Assembly (NCBI GenBank): GCA_965153285.1
Contig: OZ229111.1
Source of the DNA: Podarcis tiliguerta
Taxonomy: Eukaryota
DNA length: 64,000 bases
Strand: one strand, 5' to 3'
A program made the position numbers and the translations under genes. The notes beneath the pieces were generated by a model. The model did no database searches and was not told the DNA's origin. It was given only the letters and a program-made list of their open reading frames with translations. How positions within the stretch are numbered: the stretch's first letter is position 1; the number at the start of each line of letters is the position of its first letter. Shown one piece after another: positions 57,751-64,000 of this stretch.

Positions 57751-60700
57751 GTTGCCTCCATGGACAAAGGCAACAGTAATGAGTTACTCTGTTTCAACTG
57801 CCACACAACTTTAAATAGGAAAAAACGAGGCTATGTTTGAATTATTACATAATTTAGGAGAGGAAGGGAGGGGAACTATGTGACTTCCAAATTCACAAAA
57901 ATAAAGGAAATGAAATACAACTAGCAGTTGGGTAGATGGTTCCACTTCAGCATTTCAAACTCCTGTCTTATCTGCCGAGTCATGCAACACCTTTAGAATC
58001 ACTTTTCTCAAAGCTATAAAGCAGAATTCTCATAGTTGTCACTCAAAACTATAATCATTTAGATTTTACAGAAATTCACTTTTTAACACTTGACAACCAT
58101 CAGATCCAGAAAGGGCTTTTATTAGCGGTACTGTAAATGTGAGAAACAAAATATTGTGCAAATATAGAGTTTGGCTTTTACTTTCTTATGTAATCAGGAA
58201 AAGCTGCCAACTTGCTGGCAACATTTAATGGCGTTACAAATAAGTTGGAGAATTTGAATTATATTCGGCCCTACTAGGAAAAAACCCCCAATGTAAAATA
58301 TTTTGGCCATAAAGTAAAAAATAAATTACTCCTCTATTTTAATAAACTACATGTTAAGGGTTGTTGTTTTTTCTTCATTGGTGCCCCACTTGTTGGCAAT
58401 TACAAAAGTCACTGTAGGATTAAATGAATATGTAGTCATCAGAAAGCTGAACTACCCTTTTGTATGTATGTATTGGTTTGTTTACAGCAGGAAGTAGGGA
58501 TTTGCATCCTGTCTGGTATAATAGGTGATAAATCATAAATACATTGGATAAAGAGTTTTTGGCTATCAGCATTTTCATTTGAATTCATTTTTTGTTAGTT
58601 CACAAAAGAGACCCCTTGTTTTTGGTTACGGTCCTCCACTTCCTGTGTGTATGTCTTCACTTTAAGCTAAATTCATATTGCATATGTGCATTGCAATAGG
58701 CCTGCATTGTGTTAAATCATGCGTACAACCACAATTATATACTTAAGTGGCATGATACACCTTCTAAGTTGTTGAATGCAGCTTTTAATGAGCTATGTTT
58801 ACTCATCTTCCAGATAGTCTAGTCTACTGTAGGACTTCTGTCATTGAACATTACACGATAATAAAGCCAGTTTGCAACTCCTGAAAAAGCAAATGGAATG
58901 AAAAACATTTTGAAACTTTAAATGTGTGTGTGTATTTCATACAGAGTTCTGACAAACAGAATGTCTGATATCATTTTACTTATTTCCACAAAAAGCACTC
59001 TTCCATCAGCTTCAGATGCACATTTAACTATGTACAGAGTTGTGTCTTAGTAAGGAAAATGGAAATTACCTAACAAAGGTGCAAGCCTTGCCTTGGTGCC
59101 ATGTCCCACGTCAAGGTAGGGGCCCAGAAACTGGTAATATCTCATTCAGCCCAAGCTGTAGAGCAGGCTTCTGTGGCATGGAAACCATCTATGTGTTTTA
59201 GACTGTAACCCCATCAGCCCCACCCAGGGTGCCATCTATTCCAAAAGCCTTTCTGCCTCAGAAAAAGGCAAGTTGGAAAACTTACACAGCTTCACTAATA
59301 TATCAGAGCTATTCAACTAAGGAGGAATAATAACATCAGCCTAAAAATAAGATTATATCTTGACTTCTGATTTCCACTAAAAAATCATTTAGATTTCTTG
59401 GTGTAAGTTCCTGTGTATGTGGTTTCAGTGAAGATGCAAAGAGATCCTTTGGTGAGGAGTGGAGGAGCACTCATACCAACGGTCACCTTTAACCTGTGGG
59501 ACCTTTCATAACCTTTAAAGATGCACCTGGTTTATTTTGGAGCAGCTTCTGTTTAATGTTGAAAGTGTCTGGATGTTGCAGTGCAAGTGTAACACTAATG
59601 CAGTGTTGTCCCTTTAAACAAAGGTCTCAGGCCTGACCTATGTTGTGTGGGTTTCTTGTTTGTCAGGCTGGAGGTATTTTCTCATTTTCACAGTTCAGCT
59701 GAAAACAAAGGCCTCCTTATCCTTGCAGGGAGCTCTTAAGAGCTGACATCAGCCTTTTCCCAGCAGGCATCATTTCTGCCTTAAGAGTCCTTGCACAGAG
59801 GCAGAAAGCTTGATAATCTCTCCTTAGGTCATTTTCTTTGCTATGTAACAAATAAAATGAGCAAACTCTGAAAGTATCAAAGAGTTAAGAAAGGAGCGGG
59901 GGAAGCCACAGCTGTGTGTGCTTTTAAAACTTATTCTTAGAGCCTGTAAATAGGCGGCTTTAACCTGTCTTTGCAGCAAGAAGAGGGTTGTATAGCAAGC
60001 CTTGATGGAATATTGTTAATTAACATTACATTTTTTTTCTTGTTGTTGCTAAGACCTTGTACTTACCCAACACAACTGTAGAATTTGCTTATGGTTTGGA
60101 TTCAACCTTAAGTGGTTTCAGCATCTCTTTATTGGTAATATTGTAGGGAGAGTTTAGTGTATTAAAAATTAAGTGGTGAGCTGCAGAATTTCCCGGAATT
60201 CCATTGGTGGTTCATTAGGGAGAGGATTTATAGTGGTCCAACTTTGACTGGACTCTTGTGCTGTGCCTCTGACTGTGTGGTGCATATGATTGATGTAGCC
60301 TTTAGCTTTATGTTGTTCTGCAAAGAACTAATGCAAGCTTGGAGGTGGGTGTGCTCTACATGGGCCATGCAATGCACTGTTGGCATGATAAGCACCAAAA
60401 CATTGTTTTTAATAAGGTGCCAAAATTCTGTTCTTTGTTGTTCTTCTCCTGCTCACTTCATGAGCATCTGCTATTAAAAATTGGGGTTTTTTTATGTGTG
60501 TACGACTGTTCTGTGACTTGTCATTTTGGTTTAGTGAGTATTTTTACCAATGTTACCATGTGAGTGAAATGCAAACCTTCAGAAACAGCACTTATGGTTG
60601 AATAGCTTGGGTGGTGATGGAATGAATGAATCAGTTATTCTTTTCTCATGGGCAACCTAAGAGTGTATGCTTGTTGGCACAAGGCAATTTTTATTCCTCC

Positions 60701-61599
60701 TTCGCCTTCTTATTGCAAATAGTGTCTTCTCTCTGCATATTGAAAGCCATATTATTCTTGTTTCTGTTGAGGTTATATCTAAGTTGCTGCTCTTAGGGTT
60801 GCAATTTTTAATTATTGATATACTGGACTGCATATATTTTGTTAAGAACTTGATCTCATGAGGATTTCAGGTAAATTATTTGTTGTTAAATAATAAGAAA
60901 TTGTTATTACATGTCTGGTCTTTTGGTTCCAGACAAAATTTTTGGGAAATTGGCATGTATTATTATTATAAAGACCAAGATCACCTCCATGTGTGACATT
61001 GTTCTTATGCAGAGACTATGTTCACACAGATGCATGCACATCTCATGAATGAACTGTAGCGCAGGAGTTTTGCCCGTACACAGCTTTGGACAGCATATGT
61101 ATTCTACTTCGTGAATCTCCCAATCTTTTCCATAGCCCATGGCTTCAAAATAAAGGACCAGCTGGGGAAATGCAATTGGGATGGCACAGAGACTGTGGCA
61201 GTTAAGTAAGTTTCTGTCCTCCTTACTCATACTATAAACCAATTGTATTTGCTCAAGCTGACAATTACCATCTTCGCTGGAATGGTTCCAAGAGTGAACA
61301 TAATCTACCAGCTCACCACATGAAGGTGTTTTCTTGTTTCTTAAACATGTGCTAAGTCGTGCAGTACAGACGGTGGTTTGGTTGTGCTTCAGTCCTAGAT
61401 GCTGACTTGTTTTGTTGCTTTAAAATGAAGGCAATAGTTTTTACCTGTTGATTCAGGCGTTGTTTCAGCATTTTGCTACTATTGCTGCCTTGTTTGTATT
61501 CGGAGGTAGGTGGTATATTTTATTTATTTGTTTGTTGTGATATTTTAAAACTTTGTTTTCTGGGCAAGCTTGTCCAAAGCAACTTATGGTATTTAAACC

Positions 61600-61985
61600 A
61601 TCTATGAACTATTAATAGACAGGCCTGTTAAAAACAAAACAAAAGAGCATCTGGACAATGCATCAACAAAACCTGCCTCAAAGACGTAATATTTTTATAA
61701 TACACATTTTTAGAGCCTCCTGCAGTGTATTAACATGACACAGATTTGATGGGAGATAATTCCACAACCATGGTGGGACTGCCCACCTCACTGACCTAGG
61801 AGAGAAAATGGACACTGAAGTAGAGTCTCTGATGCTGATCTCAGTGTGTGGGCAGCAAAGAGCTTGAGCCCAAACCAGTTAACACTTAAAACCAGGACTA
61901 TAAATTGGGCGTGGAAACACCCTGGCAACCAGTGATGCTTGTATTGCAGTGATGTCATTGATGACGGCTGCCTCACCCCTCCTGA
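61600..61985 (-). mobile_element. Old L2 LINE fragment
   Basis: 'attccacaacca..gactgccc', 'ttaacacttaaaaccaggactataaattgggcgtggaaacaccctggcaaccagtg' (rc: HWLPG..AQFIVLVL). Confidence 0.6.
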
Positions 61986-62153
61986 CCTCCTAGGAGAAGC
62001 AATATAAATGTACTAAATGGTTGTACAGTGTTTACCACAAGGTATGTGCTGGTTAAGTGGAAAAAGCATGTGCTGTGTGAAATGTGATATTTTAAAAAAA
62101 GAATAAAGATGGCCACAGTATAATTATTGAACCTATGCTACTATAATACAGTA

Positions 62154-62508
62154 AAGATAAAGGTAAAGGGACCCCGGACCATGAGGTCCAGTCCTGGCCA
62201 ACTCTGGGGTTGTGGCGCTCATCTCGCTTTATTGGCTGAGGGAGCTGGTTTACAGCTTCCGGGTCATGTGGCCAGCATGACTAAGCCACTTCTGGCGAAC
62301 CAGAGCAGCGCACAGAAACGCCGTTTACCTTCCCACTAGAGCGGTACCTATTTATCTACTTACACTTTGACGTGCTTTCGAACTGCTAGGTTGTCAAGAG
62401 CAGGGACCGAACAATGGGAGCTCACCCCATCACGGGGATTCGAACCGCTGACCTTCTGATCGGCAAGTCCTAGGCTCTGTGGTTTAACCCACAGCTCTAC
62501 CCACATCC
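62154..62508 (-). mobile_element. Sauria SINE, full length
   Basis: Complete head, B box and tail; 13-bp TSD ctataatacagta (62141-62153, 62509-62521). Confidence 0.93.
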
Positions 62509-63069
62509 CTATAATACAGTATAATTATATGAGAATGTAGTGCACATGTCTATCTTACTACATTTAAACTTACAAGCAAGAACCAAAGTAGGCATACAAT
62601 AACTTGATAAGTACCTTCTACGTGCGAAGTTGTATATGGGTGCAAACAGTTCCCCACCAGCACCACTGTAGAGAAAATATCGCTAAAACAATGTGAATGT
62701 GTCTTTACACGGGACAGCGGTGCCTGTCGTCCTTAAGGAGGCAGTAGTGCAACCTTATGGTTTTAGATAGCTAACGTCTAGTTGTTAACATTCCCTTTTT
62801 GAGCAAGGTGGCTGAGCGTTGTGGTTGCACAACGGCACACATTCTTGGAAGGTCCTGGTTTATATAGAATGCTTCCAGTCTGATATTCGCTTTGCTTTGG
62901 GATTGAACCAACCTTGGTTGCCCTGATGGATGACCCTTGTTGAGAGCAGCATAAGAAAAGTTTAGCGGCCTTGGAAGTAATTGACCATGGTATCTTCCTG
63001 GACTTGCTCTGCAAGATAATAATTGGGGGAATTGGGGGTCGGTTTCATAGAATAGCATTAGGGTATTTG

Positions 63070-63800
63070 CCTGTCACCCCTGTGGCAACTACACTTGGAG
63101 CCCATGCTGTTTAACATCTACAGGAAGTCATTGGGAGCATCATAAGGAGTATGCTGATTAGACCCAGCTCTGTTTCTCTGTGATATCTGGGTACAGTGGT
63201 GGGATAGATGAGAGCCAATAAATTGAAACATGATAAAGCTGTCTGGGATATAGGTCAGTTTCCTGTTCTGGATGGGGTTGCACTCCCTTTGAAGGAAGAG
63301 TCTAGGAGTCTAGAAGTCTTCCTTGACCCGTCATTGTGACTGGGGGCTTAGTTCGCATGGTAGCTTGGATTGCTTTCTACCAGTTTTGGCTGATGCACCA
63401 GAAATGGCCATTCCTTAACAGGGACAGCTTATTACACTGCGTCATGCATTGGTCACCTTGTGTAGGATTATTGCAATATGTTGTATATGGGGTTCCTCTT
63501 AAAATAGATTAGGAAGCTGCAACTGGGGCAGCAGAATGGGGCAGCATGACTTTGTGGCTGGGGTTACCTAAACAACTTGGGACAACGATATTTGAGGGAT
63601 TGCCTTATACCTGTCTGCTCACTGTCATCTACAGGGGACCCTTCTGGAGGTACATGGAGGTTCATTCCATGGTGGCTTGGACTAGGTCCTTCAGCACAGT
63701 AGCTCTTGCCTTGTGGAATATTCTACCTATTGTAGTTACGCAGGCTCTGAAATTTTATAAATTTCATTGGGTGCTGTAAACTTAGTATTTTTACAAGCTT
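63070..63800 (+). mobile_element. Old L2 LINE RT fragment
   Basis: Degenerate 'PMLFNIY', 'YAD*TQL', 'DYCNMLYMG', 'RSFSTVALALWNILP' motifs. Confidence 0.75.
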
Positions 63801-64000
63801 TCGCAAAAGGCTAAAGTTACTTGTAGGCAGTATTGATTTTTTAAAGAACTTTTACTTGCTTTGGTTTTATTATTGCGTTGCATACCACAATGGTGGTATT
63901 GTGATACTAAGCAAACAAATAATTAATGCAAACAAATAAAGGGGGACAATATACAACAGATCTAACAAAACACCACTGGTTACCGTTCTGTACACATGCT

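Noticed and set aside
1-64000. A novel multi-gene system (operon, CRISPR, defence island)
   Set aside because: The sequence is vertebrate intronic DNA; there are no repeat-spacer arrays or gene clusters, and the only host coding sequence found is two VGLL4 exons.

Overview
Eukaryotic (squamate, most likely lacertid lizard) genomic DNA lying inside the VGLL4 (vestigial-like 4, TEAD cofactor, Hippo pathway) locus on the + strand. Two real coding exons are visible. The first is the alternative first coding exon 'MLFMKMDLLNYQYLDKMNNNIGILRQYE-G' (27883-27967) with a CpG-enriched promoter/5'UTR. The second is the next 190-nt exon 'GEAALRGEPR...SKMSRMFSPQL' (56439-56628). They are joined in frame across a 28.5-kb GT-AG intron. 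The rest is intronic or upstream sequence packed with squamate transposon debris: Sauria SINEs, a Squam3-like SINE, a tRNA-Lys/CR1 SINE, BovB and L2 LINE fragments (one young 1.5-kb L2 with an open RT frame), Tc1/pogo-type and hAT MITEs with clear target-site duplications, and two TGTCA..TGACA solo-LTR-like elements. Almost all ORFs in the supplied track are spurious. I see no evidence for a new multi-gene biological system. The most interesting leads are regulatory or splicing features of VGLL4 and unusual transposon junction structures. Repeat family names come from recalled consensus motifs, not from a database search.
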